A stretch of DNA of 64,000 bases from Pseudomonadota bacterium (GTDB lineage Bacteria > Pseudomonadota > Gammaproteobacteria > Pseudomonadales > Halieaceae), in contig JBCDKJ010000016.1 in assembly GCA_038746745.1 (NCBI GenBank), forward strand, positions 196 to 64,195. The letters run 5' to 3'. Both the position numbers and the translations under genes were made by a program. The notes beneath the pieces were generated by a model, which had not been told where the DNA came from, did not search any database, and saw nothing but the letters and a program-made list of their open reading frames with translations. Numbering within the stretch: the first letter of the stretch is position 1; each line of letters opens with the position of its first letter. Positions 9,990-23,017 of this stretch are shown piece by piece.

Positions 9990-10436
9990 ATGCAACGCCA
10001 TTCGGGTGTAACTAAACACGGGGCACGCATTGCGCGGCCGCCAGTGTATCGCATCACCTTGTTCCAATTGCTTGTACTGGCACTCGTAGTGCTGGCACTC
10101 GCTGGTTGGGACAGCACCCTAGCGCAATCATTTGCGGCGGGTGGGCTGGTCTCGGTGATCCCTCAATTATGGTTTGCTCGCGGTGTGTTTCGCTGGCGTG
10201 GCGCACAGATGGCCCAGCGTTCACTGAGCTCGGGATATGCCGCTGAAGCGGGAAAGTATCTGTTAACGGCAGCGGGCTTTGCGCTAGTGTTCGCGATGCT
10301 AAGGCCTATAAGTGGCGGCGCTGTTTTCACCGGCTTCGTGGTGATGTTGGCAATACAGTTAGCAGGCGCATGGTGGCTTCTGCGCAGGCGGGCAACGAGC
10401 CCAGGGCTCGATATACACGACACTGCGCAGAAGTAA
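9990..10436 (+). CDS. atpI: F0F1 ATP synthase protein I
   Basis: Small hydrophobic 4-helix protein immediately upstream of atpB. Confidence 0.85.
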   Translation: MQRHSGVTKHGARIARPPVYRITLFQLLVLALVVLALAGWDSTLAQSFAAGGLVSVIPQLWFARGVFRWRGAQMAQRSLSSGYAAEAGKYLLTAAGFALVFAMLRPISGGAVFTGFVVMLAIQLAGAWWLLRRRATSPGLDIHDTAQK

Positions 10437-10506
10437 TGCACGTGGCACGAAACTGCACCTTTGCATACGCACAAAAAATACAGCGATACGGAAACGAGAT
10501 AGATAG

Positions 10507-11394
<888 letters not shown>

Positions 11395-11413
11395 GCTTTC
11401 ACCAACGTTGTAA

Positions 11414-11662
<249 letters not shown>

Positions 11663-11742
11663 GCAGCCGTTAGCGCACGCGGTACCGCCGAGGTGAATGC
11701 TTTTTCGCGCTCGGTAAGCAGCAACTTAGTGAGGAAACTATC

Positions 11743-12213
11743 GTGAATCTGAACCTTACGATTATCGGACAGCTTATTGCGTTCGTCGCCTTTGTGATCT
11801 TTTGCATGAAGTACGTATGGCCGCCCATCATTGCGGCCATGCAGGAACGTGCTGACAAGATCGCCGACGGCCTCGCGGCAGCCGATCGCGCCAGTCACGA
11901 TCTGGAGCTGGCGCAGGAGAAAGCTGTGGAGCGCCTGAAGGAGGCCAAGGAGGAGGCAGCGGGCATACTGGACTCTGCCAATAAGCGTGCTAATCAAATC
12001 ATCGAAGAGGCTAAAAACCAGGCCCGCGATGAGGGTGAAAGGCTCAAAGAAGCCGCGCAATCCGAGATTGACCAGGAGTTGAACCGGGCTCGTGAGCAAT
12101 TGCGTGGTCAGGTGGCCGCGCTTGCATTAACCGGTGCCGAGAAGATTCTCGCTGCCGAGATAGACATGCAGAGACACAGCGAGTTGGTCGATAAGCTCGC
12201 GGCAGAGCTTTGA
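11743..12213 (+). CDS. atpF: F0F1 ATP synthase subunit b
   Basis: N-terminal TM helix followed by a long charged coiled coil, in the expected operon position. Confidence 0.95.
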   Translation: MNLNLTIIGQLIAFVAFVIFCMKYVWPPIIAAMQERADKIADGLAAADRASHDLELAQEKAVERLKEAKEEAAGILDSANKRANQIIEEAKNQARDEGERLKEAAQSEIDQELNRAREQLRGQVAALALTGAEKILAAEIDMQRHSELVDKLAAEL

Positions 12214-12214
12214 T

Positions 12215-12751
12215 ATGGCTGAGCTAAGCACACTGGCCAGACCTTACGCGCGCGCAGCCTTTGAGTTTGCGCGCGATAAAGGAACACTGGATAGCTGGCA
12301 GCAAGCGTTGGCGACGCTTTCCGCGCTGTGTAGCGATAGCCGTGTTGCCGCCATTCTGGTTAGCCCGGAGCATACCGCTAGCGCGCTTTCCTCCAGGCTG
12401 ATAGACCTGTGCGGGGACGCGCTGGACGCAGAGCAGAGTAATTTTTTAAAGGTACTGGCCGATAACAAGCGCCTGCCATTATTGCCGGAAATCAGCGCGC
12501 TGTTTTCCGCACTGAAGGCTGAGCAGGAGCGAAGCGTCGACGTAACGGTGGTGTCTGCTTATCCCGTTGCGGATGAAGCAGAGGCCGCGTTGACCACTGT
12601 TTTGAGCAAAAAGCTGGAGCGAGACGTCAAGGTGGCGACCGAAGTCGACGAGTCATTGCTGGGCGGTGTACTGATACGTGCCGGCGATCTGGTAATTGAC
12701 GGCTCAGTTCGAGGGCGCCTTAACAAGCTGTCCGAGGCAATGAATTCCTGA
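12215..12751 (+). CDS. atpH: F0F1 ATP synthase subunit delta
   Basis: 178 aa, OSCP/delta family ([11 protein letters not shown]...[21 protein letters not shown]). Confidence 0.95.
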   Translation: MAELSTLARPYARAAFEFARDKGTLDSWQQALATLSALCSDSRVAAILVSPEHTASALSSRLIDLCGDALDAEQSNFLKVLADNKRLPLLPEISALFSALKAEQERSVDVTVVSAYPVADEAEAALTTVLSKKLERDVKVATEVDESLLGGVLIRAGDLVIDGSVRGRLNKLSEAMNS

Positions 12752-12782
12752 TGAGTCAGGGCAAAGTATTGAGGAAGTGAGC

Positions 12783-14327
12783 ATGCAGCAACTGAATCCA
12801 TCCGAGATCAGTGAAATCATCAAGCAGCGTATCGAGCAGCTTGACGTCAGCACTGAGGCCAGCAACGAAGGCACCATCGTCTCCGTCAGCGACGGCATTA
12901 TCCGTATTCATGGGCTCAATGAGGTGATGTACGGTGAGATGATTGAATTTGAGGGCGGCGTCTACGGTATGGCTCTGAACCTTGAGCGCGACTCCGTGGG
13001 CGCGGTAATCCTTGGCGATTACAAGAGTCTGGCTGAAGGACAAACCTGTCGCTGCACCGGTCGTATTCTTGAAGTCCCGGTTGGCCCTGAGCTGCAGGGT
13101 CGCGTCGTTGACGCCCTGGGTAACCCCATTGACGGCAAGGGTCCGGTCAGCGCGGCCTTAACCGACGCGCTGGAAAAGGTGGCCCCTGGCGTTATCGCAC
13201 GTCAATCGGTAGACCAGCCCGTGCAGATCGGTCTGAAAGCCATTGATGCCATGGTTCCCATCGGCCGCGGCCAGCGCGAGTTGATTATTGGTGACCGTCA
13301 GGTGGGTAAAACGGCCATTGCCATTGACGCCATCATCAACCAGAAAAACACGGGCATTAAGTGTATTTATGTCGCCGTGGGTCAGAAGGCTTCTTCTGTT
13401 GCGGCGGTCGTCCGTAAGCTTGAAGAAAACGGTGCTATGGACCACACCATTGTCGTGGCAGCCAACGCGTCTGATCCGGCATCCATGCAGTTTCTGGCAC
13501 CCTTTGCAGGCTGCACTATGGGAGAGTACTACCGCGATCGAGGCGAAGATGCTCTGATCATTTATGACGACTTGTCCAAGCAGGCGGTAGCGTATCGCCA
13601 GATCTCTCTGCTGCTGCGTCGCCCGCCCGGACGTGAAGCCTACCCGGGCGATGTGTTTTATTTGCACTCTCGTTTGCTGGAACGTGCCGCCCGCGTCAAT
13701 GCGGATTACGTGGAAAACTTCACCAACGGCGATGTTAAAGGGCAGACCGGCTCACTGACAGCTCTGCCGGTAATCGAAACCCAGGCCGGAGACGTGTCCG
13801 CCTTTGTACCGACAAATGTGATCTCGATTACGGACGGTCAGATCTTCCTCGAGAGTGACATGTTCAACGCGGGCATTCGCCCGGCCATGAACGCGGGCAT
13901 TTCCGTGTCCCGGGTTGGCGGTGCAGCTCAAACCCGGATTATGAACAAGCTCTCCGGCGGCATTAGGACGGCGTTAGCTCAGTACCGCGAGCTGGCGGCG
14001 TTCTCGCAGTTCGCCTCAGACCTGGATGACGCCACTAAGGCGCAGCTCGATCACGGTGAGCGTGTCACCGAGCTTATGAAGCAAAAGCAGTACGCGCCGC
14101 TCTCTGTTGCGGAGATGGGCATATTGCTATACGCCGCCAACAACGAGTACCTGCAAGACGTTGAGGTGGAAAAGATCGGCGATTTTGAATCGGCGCTGCT
14201 GGCGTATATGCATGCCGAATATGGCGAGCTCATGAATAGCATCGTCGAGTCCGGAAACTGGAATGACGATCTGGCAGAGCAGTTCAAAGTTGCTATAGAA
14301 GCTTTCAAGTCTACCCAGACCTGGTAG
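12783..14327 (+). CDS. atpA: F0F1 ATP synthase subunit alpha
   Basis: Walker A GDRQVGKT and a highly conserved alpha core. ATG 12783 sits 6 nt after the GAGGAAG Shine-Dalgarno; the track start 12777 is GTG. Confidence 0.99.
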   Translation: MQQLNPSEISEIIKQRIEQLDVSTEASNEGTIVSVSDGIIRIHGLNEVMYGEMIEFEGGVYGMALNLERDSVGAVILGDYKSLAEGQTCRCTGRILEVPVGPELQGRVVDALGNPIDGKGPVSAALTDALEKVAPGVIARQSVDQPVQIGLKAIDAMVPIGRGQRELIIGDRQVGKTAIAIDAIINQKNTGIKCIYVAVGQKASSVAAVVRKLEENGAMDHTIVVAANASDPASMQFLAPFAGCTMGEYYRDRGEDALIIYDDLSKQAVAYRQISLLLRRPPGREAYPGDVFYLHSRLLERAARVNADYVENFTNGDVKGQTGSLTALPVIETQAGDVSAFVPTNVISITDGQIFLESDMFNAGIRPAMNAGISVSRVGGAAQTRIMNKLSGGIRTALAQYRELAAFSQFASDLDDATKAQLDHGERVTELMKQKQYAPLSVAEMGILLYAANNEYLQDVEVEKIGDFESALLAYMHAEYGELMNSIVESGNWNDDLAEQFKVAIEAFKSTQTW

Positions 14328-14343
14328 CGAGTCGGAGCGCCCT

Positions 14344-15207
14344 ATGGCAGTTGGAAAAGAGATTCGCACCAAGATCACGAGTATCCAGAGTACTCAGAAG
14401 ATCACCAGTGCTATGGAAATGGTGGCTGCCAGTAAGATGCGGCGCGCACAGGAACGCATGGAAGTGGGCAAGCCCTACGCCAATCGCATTCGCAGCGTAG
14501 TGGGCCACCTTGCCAACGCACAACCCGAGTATCAGCACCTGTATATGGAGCAGCGCGAGGTCAAGCGCGTTGGCTACATATTTGTGTCCACCGATCGCGG
14601 GCTCTGCGGTGGCTTGAACATCAACCTGTTCAAGGCAGGCATCCGCTCGATGAAAGCGTGGGACGACCAGGGAATTCCTGTGGATCTTTGCCTGGTAGGC
14701 GCAAAGGCGTCCGCTTTTTTTGGCAGCTTCGGCGGCAACATTGTCGCGGCTACCCGCGATCTCGGCGAAGAGCCCGTGTTGGCGGACCTTATTGGTTCAG
14801 TGAAAACTATGCTGGACGCCTACGCTGAAGGCCGCATCGACAAGCTGTATCTGGTGAGCAACGAGTTCATCAACACCATGACGCAGAATCCAACGGTAGA
14901 GCAAATTCTGCCGCTGGTAGCTGAGGACAGTGATGACATGCAGCACCACTGGGACTATATCTACGAGCCCGAGGCGCGTGATTTGCTGGATGGTCTGCTT
15001 GCGCGTTACATCGAGTCGCTGGTGTATCAGGCGGTAGTGGAAAACGGTGCCTGCGAGCAGGCGGCGCGTATGCTGGCCATGAAAAACGCTACCGATAATG
15101 CGGGTGAGCTGATTGATGACTTGCAGCTGATTTACAACAAGGCGCGGCAGGCAGCGATTACCCAGGAACTATCAGAAATTGTGGGTGGTGCTGCTGCGAT
15201 CGAATGA
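14344..15207 (+). CDS. atpG: F0F1 ATP synthase subunit gamma
   Basis: N-terminal [30 protein letters not shown] and C-terminal [19 protein letters not shown]. Confidence 0.98.
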   Translation: MAVGKEIRTKITSIQSTQKITSAMEMVAASKMRRAQERMEVGKPYANRIRSVVGHLANAQPEYQHLYMEQREVKRVGYIFVSTDRGLCGGLNINLFKAGIRSMKAWDDQGIPVDLCLVGAKASAFFGSFGGNIVAATRDLGEEPVLADLIGSVKTMLDAYAEGRIDKLYLVSNEFINTMTQNPTVEQILPLVAEDSDDMQHHWDYIYEPEARDLLDGLLARYIESLVYQAVVENGACEQAARMLAMKNATDNAGELIDDLQLIYNKARQAAITQELSEIVGGAAAIE

Positions 15208-15231
15208 TCGCGGCCGCGACTTCCCAGATAA

Positions 15232-16656
<1,425 letters not shown>

Positions 16657-16677
16657 ACTTCGCCCCGAGGTAACGCT

Positions 16678-17106
16678 ATGAGCATGACCATTCACTGTGA
16701 CATTGTCTCCGCCGAAAAGGAGATTTTCTCCGGCCTGGTGGAGAGCCTGATTGCTACCGGATCACAGGGTGAGCTTGGGGTGAACTACGGTCACGCGCCA
16801 CTGCTGACCGATCTGGTGCCGGGCCCCATCCGCATTCTTAAGCAGGATGGCCAGGAAGAGGTGTACTACGTGTCAGGGGGCTTCCTTGAAGTGCAGCCCG
16901 GAGTGGTGTCAGTACTGGCTGACACGGCGATTCGTGCCGATGACGTAGACGAGGCTGCGGCCGAGGACGCGCGCGAGGCCGCGGAGCGGGCACTGGCCGG
17001 ACAGTCGGGTGATTTCGATTACGGACGCGCATCAGCCCAGCTGGCTGAAGCCGCTGCTCAGCTACGCACCCTGCAGAAAATGCGCAATCGCGCTGGGCGT
17101 GGCTAA
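16678..17106 (+). CDS. atpC: F0F1 ATP synthase subunit epsilon
   Basis: 142 aa with an epsilon beta-sandwich followed by a helical hairpin; last gene of the operon. Confidence 0.95.
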   Translation: MSMTIHCDIVSAEKEIFSGLVESLIATGSQGELGVNYGHAPLLTDLVPGPIRILKQDGQEEVYYVSGGFLEVQPGVVSVLADTAIRADDVDEAAAEDAREAAERALAGQSGDFDYGRASAQLAEAAAQLRTLQKMRNRAGRG

Positions 17107-17133
17107 CACTCAGCGTAGCACCGGAATCAGGAG

Positions 17134-17156
17134 CCCCGGCTAGACCGGGGTTTTTT
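17134..17156 (+). terminator. Rho-independent terminator of the atp operon
   Basis: CCCCGG (17134-17139), loop CTAGA, CCGGGG (17145-17150), followed by TTTTTT (17151-17156). Confidence 0.85.
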
Positions 17157-17165
17157 GTGCCTGCT

Positions 17166-17184
17166 CTTAATGGGAATCATTTGC
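17166..17184 (+). promoter_or_regulatory. Fur-box-like site upstream of the iron ABC operon
   Basis: CTTAATGGGAATCATTTGC matches the 19-bp Fur consensus GATAATGATAATCATTATC at 13/19 positions. It overlaps a possible -35 (TTGCAT 17181-17186, 17 nt, ATAATG). Confidence 0.45.
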
Positions 17185-17321
17185 ATCAATTTAGCTGGGT
17201 GCAATAATGCGATGCTCGCCTATGCCGATAATGGCCTGCGTATCGAGTATCCCGCCTGTGTTCACTACGACGTGTTCCGTCAGCGGCCGTGATGTGAGAC
17301 GCAGCCTCCAGAGGAAATGAC

Positions 17322-18179
17322 ATGGATTACCGAATTTTTTACATACAGGACCCAGCCACAGGCGCGGCTGACGATGCTCGGCTACGCGGCTGTCTCCGTT
17401 CACTCACGATTGCGATGGCTTGTATTTGTTTAGTGCTGCCCGCACAGCTGCGCGCAGATGGCGCGGTGGGTGAGCACGTCAATGATCTTAGTGGACATCT
17501 CGAAGAGTATGCCGGCGAGGTCGAGTGGCTGTTGACCAATGTCGGCGCCATGGTAACGACCTACGCCGCGGAGGGTGCCGCTGCGGCGAAGCCAGAGCGC
17601 GTGGTGGACTTTTGGGAGGAGGTGAAGTTTCACTCCGCAATTGAAAGCAACTACGTTCCTCTGTATGCGTCTATCTGGCAGGGCTTGTTTGCTGTGCGTG
17701 GCGCTATCGAGGAAGGACAACCCGAAGCCGATGTTCGCAGCGCATTGGCCCAGTTAGAACAAACACTGTGGGAGGCACTGGGCGCCGTAAAGATGGCCTC
17801 ACAGTTTCAAGACCAGGGATTGCTGCAGGCAGTGGCGACTCGGGAGGCCATTACACCGACCGCGACGCTGATCGAAATTAAACAGCGACTGGACCGTATT
17901 TTGGCCAAGTATGCCGAGCAGCTATCCGATGAGGCGATCAAGCTGGTGCAGGAAGCGTACCTGACGCGGTTCGAAGGCGTGGAAGGCGCACTCATTGAGC
18001 AGGATGCTGAATTGGTGGAAGTGCTGGAAATCGACTTTAATGTAACGCTCCCGAAGGCGATACAGGACGGCGCGTCTATTGATGACGTCCGCGGGATTAT
18101 TGTCGACATGCAGGCCAAGCTGGATAAGGCGAGGGTGCTGCTCAAAGAGGCCGAACGTAATCGTAGCTCTGTTTTTTAG
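17322..18179 (+). CDS. Hypothetical periplasmic all-helical protein, first gene of the Fe(III)-type ABC operon
   Basis: A GAGG Shine-Dalgarno lies 8 nt upstream and there is a signal-like segment LTIAMACICLVLPAQLRA. The stop at 18177-18179 abuts the GTG of the next gene. It has an internal two-fold repeat, and I recognise no family with confidence. Confidence 0.7.
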   Translation: MDYRIFYIQDPATGAADDARLRGCLRSLTIAMACICLVLPAQLRADGAVGEHVNDLSGHLEEYAGEVEWLLTNVGAMVTTYAAEGAAAAKPERVVDFWEEVKFHSAIESNYVPLYASIWQGLFAVRGAIEEGQPEADVRSALAQLEQTLWEALGAVKMASQFQDQGLLQAVATREAITPTATLIEIKQRLDRILAKYAEQLSDEAIKLVQEAYLTRFEGVEGALIEQDAELVEVLEIDFNVTLPKAIQDGASIDDVRGIIVDMQAKLDKARVLLKEAERNRSSVF

Positions 18180-19211
18180 GTGAAGCGTCGCCAATTTTTA
18201 CATAAGGCGCTACACAGTGCGCTGGTAGGTAGCGCACTTGCGACTGCTGGCGTTACGCCCAGTGTCGGTGCTACGTCGGTAGACTCGCTGCCGCCGCTCA
18301 AGGGTAAGCTGACCCTGTATCTGGGTCGCGGTGAAGGCGGGCTTTACGAGAATGTCCTGCAGGCGATACAGGCCCGAAACCCCGACCTGGAGCTGGGTAT
18401 CCGGCGCGGTCCCACAGCCGCACTGGCCAATGCCATTGTTGCGGAATCTAAGGCAGGCGTGAGACGCGCTGATGTGTTCTGGGCAGTGGATACCGGCGCG
18501 GTCGGGCTGGTCAGCGAAAGGGGACTGGCCAGGCCTTTGCCTGCGGCGCTGACCCATCAGCTCAAGCCGCAATTTCGCTACCCCAACTTCTGCCCGGTAT
18601 CGGGTCGCATCAGGACGTTGCCGTTTTTTACAGAAGCTGTAACCGCCGGGCGTATCCCCCAAAGTATCATGGCGTTACCCGATGCCGGGTTGTCAGTGGG
18701 CTGGGCACCGTCCTACGCGGCATTTCAATCATTTGTGACAGCGATGCGGGTGCTGGAAGGTGATACAGCCACCGAGCGTTGGCTTAAGGCTATGAAGCCT
18801 GTCGCCACACCCTTTGCCGGCGAGCTGGGGGTGGTGTTAGCGGTCGAGCGCGGAGAAGTCGACGTAGGCTTTGCCAACCACTATTACACGCTGCGCCTGA
18901 AAGCCGGCAAACCTGATGCGAGTGTATCGCTGGCATTTACCCGGGAAGACGCGGGCTGCCTGGTTAATGCCTCCAGTGTGGTCGCCTTAAGTGACGGCGC
19001 GCTGCCAGTAGACTTTATGCGCTATCTGCTTACTACTGAGGTGCAGTCTTACCTCGCCGATGAAGCCTATGAGATTCCGTTGATCGACGGCGTTGCGCCG
19101 CCTGAGGGAGTTCCTGCGCTGGATGCCATTGCGCCACCACGGATTGATTTGACGCGGCTGGCAGATTTGCGCCCGACCCTGGATCTGTTACGCCGCACGC
19201 AAGTGCTATGA
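18180..19211 (+). CDS. ABC transporter substrate-binding protein, Fe(III)/FbpA-AfuA-like, Tat signal
   Basis: Twin-arginine signal MKRRQFL...ALATAG. Extracellular solute-binding family-1-like sequence in an operon with a two-domain permease and ATPase. Confidence 0.8.
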   Translation: MKRRQFLHKALHSALVGSALATAGVTPSVGATSVDSLPPLKGKLTLYLGRGEGGLYENVLQAIQARNPDLELGIRRGPTAALANAIVAESKAGVRRADVFWAVDTGAVGLVSERGLARPLPAALTHQLKPQFRYPNFCPVSGRIRTLPFFTEAVTAGRIPQSIMALPDAGLSVGWAPSYAAFQSFVTAMRVLEGDTATERWLKAMKPVATPFAGELGVVLAVERGEVDVGFANHYYTLRLKAGKPDASVSLAFTREDAGCLVNASSVVALSDGALPVDFMRYLLTTEVQSYLADEAYEIPLIDGVAPPEGVPALDAIAPPRIDLTRLADLRPTLDLLRRTQVL

Positions 19212-20734
19212 AGCTGCCGCCCGGGTCCTACCTCCCGGCCGCCTGTGTTGCTGCCCTGGCACTGGCGCCCATACTGGTCTTGATCGACCTTGCCGCCGGC
19301 GCGGACGTGCTTGTGGGTTCACAGCACCTGTCGCTGCTGATAAACACGATTATTCTAATGCTGGGCACGGCGCTAGGTGCCCTATTGATCGGTGTACCGC
19401 TGGCGTTCTTGCTGGCTTTTGTGCGTCTGCCGCTGGCAAGACTTTGGCTGGTGCTATTGGCGGCGCCGCTGGCGATGCCCAGTTACATCGGCGCATTTAC
19501 GTTTTACGCCGTGTTTGGGCGTGGTGCAGAGCTTGAGCAATGGATTGGTCTCGAAACGCCGTCGGCGTCTGGCATGTTGGGGGCCTGCATTGTGATGGCG
19601 CTATATACCTACCCCTTTGTGATGCTGTCGACCCGTGCAGCCCTGTTAAGCCAGGACGCTAATCTGATTAATGCCGCGCGTATTCTAGGCCTGCCATTGC
19701 TGCAGGCAATGCTGCGCGTTGCGTTGCCCCGCGCGTTGCATGGGGTTGCTGCGGGTGCGCTGTTAGCGGCGCTGTACGCGCTTTCGGATTTTGGTACGCC
19801 CGCCATATTGAATGTCGATACGTTTACCCGCTTGATCTATGTCGAATATAACGCCTTCGGGCTCAGCCAGGCGGCGGTATTCTCACTTCACCTGTTGGCA
19901 CTGGTGGGCCTGGTGGTGTTTATCGAATCACGTTTTTCAGGCATGGAGGAGCGTGCCGGCCGCAGTCTGACTCTGCATCCGGGCCCGCTCGCTCAGACGG
20001 TGACGCTGCTGAGTGTGCTGCCCATTATTGCCCTTTCGCTGCTGCTGCCGCTGGTCCTGTTTTCGGTGTGGTTAGTTCGCGAGGGTTTGGCCAGCTTTGA
20101 TGCAACGGTTGCTGTCAACTCAGTGGTGGCAGCGTTATTGGCGGCAGCGGTCGCGGTACTGTTTGCATTGCCGGTGGCGGTGGCCGCCGGCCGCGGCCGC
20201 ATTGGCTGGCTGCTGGAGCGGGTGACCTATCTGGGGTTCGGAATTCCCGGCATTGTGATGGGCACAGCGCTCGTCTATCTCGGCCTGAAACTGCCAGCGC
20301 TGTATCAGACGCTGGTGGTGTTGGTGCTGGCCCTGGTATTGCGGTTTTTACCTTTAGCGGTGGGCGCGCTGCGCGGCGCTATCGAACAGTTGGATACGAG
20401 CCTGTATAAAGCGGGTCGCGTGCTGGGCGCTGGACCGATAGAGCTGTTTACCCGTTTGACTGTCCCGCTTACTGCGCGCGGTGTCTTCGCCGGTGCGGCG
20501 CTGGTTTTTCTGGAGGCCATGCGCGAATTGCCCGCCACGCTTTTGTTGGCACCGACAGGATTCGAAACCCTGGCGACCTATCTTTGGCGTGTGTACGAGG
20601 CGGGTTTATTCGGACGCGCAGCGATACCCGGGCTACTCCTGGTCTGCTTGTCGGGCCTGGGCCTGGCACTAATGCTTGCGGGGGAACGGCGCGCTGACAC
20701 TATGCCGGGCAGCACCGGGGCCGAACCGTGTTGA
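19208..20734 (+). CDS. Iron(III)-type ABC transporter permease (fused two-domain, FbpB/AfuB-like)
   Basis: 508 aa, about 12 TM helices, duplicated binding-protein-dependent permease domain. Its ATG overlaps the upstream stop (ATGA). Confidence 0.88.
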   Translation: MKLPPGSYLPAACVAALALAPILVLIDLAAGADVLVGSQHLSLLINTIILMLGTALGALLIGVPLAFLLAFVRLPLARLWLVLLAAPLAMPSYIGAFTFYAVFGRGAELEQWIGLETPSASGMLGACIVMALYTYPFVMLSTRAALLSQDANLINAARILGLPLLQAMLRVALPRALHGVAAGALLAALYALSDFGTPAILNVDTFTRLIYVEYNAFGLSQAAVFSLHLLALVGLVVFIESRFSGMEERAGRSLTLHPGPLAQTVTLLSVLPIIALSLLLPLVLFSVWLVREGLASFDATVAVNSVVAALLAAAVAVLFALPVAVAAGRGRIGWLLERVTYLGFGIPGIVMGTALVYLGLKLPALYQTLVVLVLALVLRFLPLAVGALRGAIEQLDTSLYKAGRVLGAGPIELFTRLTVPLTARGVFAGAALVFLEAMRELPATLLLAPTGFETLATYLWRVYEAGLFGRAAIPGLLLVCLSGLGLALMLAGERRADTMPGSTGAEPC

Positions 20735-21774
20735 GCGTGCAGAATCTCTCGGTGGACTATGGCGCAACCCGGGTTGTGCATGATGTCAGCTTTGATCTGG
20801 ACTCTGGACAGATACTGACGCTGGTAGGCCCTACCGGCTGTGGCAAAACAACGCTGTTACATGCTATCGCCGGGCTGGTTACGCTGTCTGGAGGCGCTGT
20901 CAGCTTGCCAGGGTGGCAGGCAACGCCGGCACAACCCGTACCGGCAGAGGACCGCGGGCTCGGCATGGTGTTTCAGGACTTTGCCTTGTTTCCACACCTC
21001 ACCGTTGAACAGAACGTGAGTTTTCGCCTGCCAGACTCTGCACTGGCTATCGATTGGTTGCAGCGCCTGGGTATGTTGGAGTTCCGGCATGTTAAGCCTG
21101 CAACGCTTTCTGGTGGACAGAAGCAGCGCGTCGCGCTGGCACGATCCCTGGCACACGCGCCGCGACTTATGCTGTTGGATGAACCGCTGTCCAACCTGGA
21201 TGCCGCGCTGAAGGACGAACTGCGTTGGGAGATTCGGGATGCACTGAAGACGGCGGGAGTGCCTGCGGTCTGGGTCACCCATGATCAGGCCGAGGCCCTG
21301 TCTGTGGGTGATCAGCTGGGAGTTTTGCAAAACGGACAGCTTCAGCAGCTCGATACACCTGCAGAGTGCTATGGCTCTCCTGTGAATCGCTTTGTGGCCA
21401 CGTTTCTGGGCCAGGCCGGCTTTCTGCGTGGACAGGTAAGTGGCAACGATCGTGTGGAATTGCCAATGGGCACGGTCGCGCTGCGAACCGGTGTATCCTT
21501 GCCGCCTGCATGCAAAGAGGTGGACGTCCTGCTGCGCCCGAGCGATGTGCTGCTGAGCCCCACAGGCGTTGACGCGACGGGCGCACACCCTGGCCACGGC
21601 ACCGTAGCGGCGGCTCAGTATGAGGGTGATCACTGGCTTTACATGGTGCGCTGTGACGGCGGCGAAGCGCTGCCGGTCAGAGCGGGTTGGGAAACAGTTC
21701 TGCAGTTGGGTCAACGTGTGTCACTATCGCTGGCAAGCGATCACGCCATGACGGCATTTCTCCCTGAAGCCTGA
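20728..21774 (+). CDS. ABC transporter ATP-binding protein (FbpC/PotA-like)
   Basis: Walker A GPTGCGKTT, signature LSGGQKQRVALARSL, Walker B LMLLDEPLSNLD, and a C-terminal TOBE-like domain. Confidence 0.93.
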   Translation: MLSVQNLSVDYGATRVVHDVSFDLDSGQILTLVGPTGCGKTTLLHAIAGLVTLSGGAVSLPGWQATPAQPVPAEDRGLGMVFQDFALFPHLTVEQNVSFRLPDSALAIDWLQRLGMLEFRHVKPATLSGGQKQRVALARSLAHAPRLMLLDEPLSNLDAALKDELRWEIRDALKTAGVPAVWVTHDQAEALSVGDQLGVLQNGQLQQLDTPAECYGSPVNRFVATFLGQAGFLRGQVSGNDRVELPMGTVALRTGVSLPPACKEVDVLLRPSDVLLSPTGVDATGAHPGHGTVAAAQYEGDHWLYMVRCDGGEALPVRAGWETVLQLGQRVSLSLASDHAMTAFLPEA

Positions 21775-21864
21775 CGCGGAATAAGGCCTAATGTGTGATG
21801 ATGCAAAATCTGGAAAGAAAACTGATGTGCAGGGACGCCCGACGAGAGGCGGTGATGCAGAACA

Positions 21865-22830
21865 GTGAGTGACCATCCGACGGATATCACCCTGGCGAAA
21901 CTCCGACGCCTGGCGACCGATGCCAATATAAAAGTATCGCGCATCCGCGCCATGACGCAGGCAGTGTTAGCGAACGGCCTGATTCGCGTGGTGGAGCCCG
22001 CGGACGGACTGGTGGTGTCGGCAGCCTCGCTGAAAGGGCAAAAGACCTACAGCGCGGAGGTGGAATCCAAACCCGGTCTTACTGTGGAAATACGGCTCAG
22101 TGGTCATTCTGAGTCTTTCGAGCTAGACGAGCCGAAGCGAATCACACGTATTATGCCAGGCCAGGTTCTGGTTTCAGGAATGGCGCGCCCGTCGCCCTGG
22201 AAGGTCACCGCTGCCTCGCAGAGTCTGTTTGAAACCGTGTCAATTCGATATACGCATGAGTTCATACAGAGTTTGGCGCAAAAGTCCCCAGGCTTGACCG
22301 ACTGGGCTAGCGCACACATTTTAGAAAACGGTCACGGGACCTTGGCTCAGACTGTGGAGCTGAAGGCTAACGCGCAGCAGATACTGTTTTGCGCGCGACG
22401 GTGGCAAAGTGCGAATCAAAAATTACTTCTCCACTCCATCGCCCTGCGCGTTTTGGCGCTCATCTGGCAAGCGGTTGAACCGCAGGAAAACCAACCGACC
22501 CCGGAAGGGATAGAGGACGACGTTATTGCTTATGCGATGGCAGAAATTGAGCGAAATCCCTCGGCAAGCCTGACTATTGAGGCGCTAGCGCAGCGCTGCC
22601 GTGTGAGTGAGACCAGCCTGAAAACAAGGTTCAAGCAGGTCACTGGTCAGTCTGTGGGTGCCTTCGTGGTAGAGACGAGAATGCATCTGGCGGCAGAGAT
22701 GCTGGGCCGGGGTGTTCCGGTAAAGGTGGCTGCCGAGACCCTCGGTTATGCCAGTGCTGAGGCATTTTCCAAGGCGGTGAAACAACGCTTTGGCAAGTCG
22801 CCGCGTCTACTGAGTGCCCGCGCCGGGTAG
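21865..22830 (+). CDS. AraC family transcriptional regulator (siderophore-responsive PchR/YbtA-like architecture)
   Basis: C-terminal double HTH (LTIEALAQRCRVSETSLKTRFKQVTG...AAETLGYASAEAFSKAVKQRFGKSP), located between the iron importer and a TonB-dependent receptor. The start is uncertain (GTG 21865 or a downstream ATG). Confidence 0.85.
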   Translation: MSDHPTDITLAKLRRLATDANIKVSRIRAMTQAVLANGLIRVVEPADGLVVSAASLKGQKTYSAEVESKPGLTVEIRLSGHSESFELDEPKRITRIMPGQVLVSGMARPSPWKVTAASQSLFETVSIRYTHEFIQSLAQKSPGLTDWASAHILENGHGTLAQTVELKANAQQILFCARRWQSANQKLLLHSIALRVLALIWQAVEPQENQPTPEGIEDDVIAYAMAEIERNPSASLTIEALAQRCRVSETSLKTRFKQVTGQSVGAFVVETRMHLAAEMLGRGVPVKVAAETLGYASAEAFSKAVKQRFGKSPRLLSARAG

Positions 22831-22972
22831 TATCAGCCAGCAAAAACCACCCACTTATTCCGAGCGCCGGCAGCCTACGAACGGTGGCGGAGAGAGGCGT
22901 GCGTCTGCTCGACACATCTGACAGATTTTTTGCCTGAAATGACAGGCAGCAGCCATAGACAGCGTCTGAGAT

Positions 22973-22991
22973 GATAATGATTATTAGTCGC
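22973..22991 (+). promoter_or_regulatory. Fur-box-like site upstream of the TonB-dependent receptor
   Basis: GATAATGATTATTAGTCGC matches the Fur consensus at 14/19 positions and lies 27 nt upstream of the receptor ATG. Confidence 0.5.
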
Positions 22992-23017
22992 AGTTTTAGC
23001 TGCATAAAGGCCTCACA

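Noticed and set aside
7292-9990. Search for a parS site (TGTTNCACGTGNAACA) near parAB.
   Set aside because: By eye I found no 16-mer close to the consensus in or around parAB, only unrelated CACGTG-containing strings. This was not an exhaustive scan, so absence is not proven.
20857-21714. 285-aa minus-strand ORF. There are similar ones at 27939-28751 (270 aa) and 53946-54788 (280 aa).
   Set aside because: They are antisense shadows of the ABC ATPase, glmS and uvrD respectively. They have no motifs and no independent start signals.
21798-21872. 24-codon upstream ORF (MMQNLERKLMCRDARREAVMQNSE) overlapping the AraC regulator start.
   Set aside because: It has no Shine-Dalgarno and I have no conservation information. 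It is equally likely to be a chance ORF in the intergenic region.
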